DNA of 64,000 nt, from the IMG/VR virus record IMGVR_UViG_3300049044_000033, positions 32,001-96,000 of that record; one strand, given 5' to 3'. The translations under genes were made by a program, and so were the position numbers. The notes below the pieces were generated by a model. It ran no database searches, had not been told where the DNA came from, and saw nothing but the letters and a program-made list of their open reading frames with translations. This DNA is from a virus (lineage: Duplodnaviria > Heunggongvirae > Uroviricota > Caudoviricetes). Below are positions 62,865 to 64,000 of the stretch, piece by piece; within the stretch, counting starts at the first letter, position 1; every line of letters starts with the position of its first letter.

Positions 62865-63530
62865 TCAACTGAAGAACACGAGTTCCAACCTAGGAACTAG
62901 ATCTTCTTGGCCAATGCTGCGGATCAGTTCAATGACCTTTGCCTCAACACCCTGATATTTAGAATGCAGAACGCTCACAACGCGCTCTCCGGTCACGGGT
63001 GCCTCAGTTAGCCGGACGATGGAATCTTGTGGAAACTTGCAGATACCTGCTCTGCAGAGCGACCAAGCTGCCGAGAGGATCGCGCAAGTGTGTTCCTCAT
63101 CTCCATTATCAAAGACGTTCTTCAAGCCAATCTTTGACCCACTATCAGTGATAAAGCTCAACACTTTCTTGTTAGCTTTGCGGATAGTCTCCCAAACTAA
63201 TCGGCTGCTAGGAAGCTCGCTGATAATAAAGTCAGCCACTGGTCCGAGACGACCCTCAAAGACCACGTGGTCGGGAGCAAGACCACGACGCAGGATACAC
63301 CGGATAAACTCATTCACATCCAATGTATTCTCTTTTACGTGTAGATCGTCAATGAGGATTGCCGCCACCACTAAGCTATCAGGATTACTCTCGCGATCGA
63401 GATAGCCCTTCATGACGCTCAGACTTTCATGCTGCTCGTCACCCCATATCTCATCAGCGTAGATGTGGGCAAACTCCACAAACATCTCCGGGGTGGGAAG
63501 ATTGGGATTATCGGGAAGATGACAGCCCAT
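62865..63530 (-). CDS. hypothetical protein resembling SCO2522-family motifs
   Basis: EFAHIY.D...ILIDD...C..L.A.W.L.R.G pattern. Confidence 0.5.
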   Translation of the reverse strand: MGCHLPDNPNLPTPEMFVEFAHIYADEIWGDEQHESLSVMKGYLDRESNPDSLVVAAILIDDLHVKENTLDVNEFIRCILRRGLAPDHVVFEGRLGPVADFIISELPSSRLVWETIRKANKKVLSFITDSGSKIGLKNVFDNGDEEHTCAILSAAWSLCRAGICKFPQDSIVRLTEAPVTGERVVSVLHSKYQGVEAKVIELIRSIGQEDLVPRLELVFFS

Positions 63531-63808
63531 CAGGGACGAAACTCCAGCTTCACTGTGCTATCAGACCATGTGAGTTTGAACAGCATTGCGTCCTGTTTGT
63601 CCTGAATGAACACTGGTATGGAAATACCTGACGGGACGTTATTTGCAAGGGCCCACTTGCCTTTGACATGTAGCTTCAACCAATCGAGAATGGCAGAATT
63701 GTCAATTGCTTCAGCGCGCAACTTTTGTCGATTATAGAAATGACCACCAGGCATGCGGAAGGTGTACCAATCCAAGCACCCCATGGACCACTTAACCGGC
63801 TCACTCAC
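63530..63808 (-). CDS. LFKLxW-family small protein
   Basis: IQDKQDAMLFKLTWS; GTGA overlap start. Confidence 0.85.
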   Translation of the reverse strand: MSEPVKWSMGCLDWYTFRMPGGHFYNRQKLRAEAIDNSAILDWLKLHVKGKWALANNVPSGISIPVFIQDKQDAMLFKLTWSDSTVKLEFRP

Positions 63809-64000
63809 TGACCACCCCAACGAAGCTTAAACGTCATCGCATCTTGCTTGTCTTTGATGTAAAAGGTGACCTTGACAAAATCAACTCTAAAAGTCCACTG
63901 TCCCTTTAGGTTATCGTTACACCAGCGACCTGCATCTCTCCCTCGTTCCCGAGGTTCGATCACGAAGGTATGCCAAGCGGCGTGGCCAAACTTATTGCCC
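63805..64000 (-). CDS. LFKLxW-family small protein (5' end beyond window edge)
   Basis: Manual translation ...GRWCNDNLKGQW...FYIKDKQDAMTFKLRWGGQ*. Confidence 0.85.
   Translation of the reverse strand, partial: GNKFGHAAWHTFVIEPRERGRDAGRWCNDNLKGQWTFRVDFVKVTFYIKDKQDAMTFKLRWGGQ

Noticed and set aside
690-63405. Numerous plus-strand ORFs antisense to minus-strand genes (e.g. 31823..32638, 55680..56285, 24217..24723)
   Set aside because: Shadow ORFs fully overlapping better-supported genes, with no RBS or family motifs.

Overview
This window is a 64-kb segment of a large tailed dsDNA (jumbo-type, probably myovirus) phage genome. The host is inferred to be alphaproteobacterial, possibly a sphingomonad, from the GltX, the outer-membrane protein type and the promoter form. 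Almost all genes lie on the minus strand. Layout: (i) 1-4826, a tandem, translationally coupled array of at least 19 small paralogues ending in 'F..x.DA.LFKL.W(GG)', with further copies at 19.0-20.7 kb, 24.7 kb and 63.5-64 kb. (ii) 4.83-5.70 kb, a non-coding tract packed with CTATAG palindromes (origin or packaging-site candidate). (iii) 6.1-18.9 kb, virion fibre/baseplate genes, including a divergent plus-strand operon of putative-Ig (He_PIG-like) proteins. Their Ig domains appear split between polypeptides (anchor, scaffold with incomplete domains, beta-propeller heads carrying the missing strands), and the scaffold-head pair is duplicated. (iv) 19-30 kb, small genes plus gltX, an HD-like protein and an acyl-CoA thioesterase. 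(v) 30-61 kb, an early/host-takeover region of about 40 one-to-few-gene units, each headed by a repeated sigma70-type promoter-RBS element. In many copies the -35/-10 spacer co-varies with the downstream leader to form a hairpin around the -10 box. This region also holds a promoter-to-terminator structured ncRNA candidate (~54.38-54.58 kb), a 2OG-Fe(II) oxygenase, an M23 peptidase, an outer-membrane beta-barrel and a MazG-like protein. An ACP-like domain lacking the phosphopantetheine Ser follows at 61.6-61.8 kb. No tRNA, rRNA, CRISPR array or integrase was found. All family assignments are from motif recognition by eye, not database searches.
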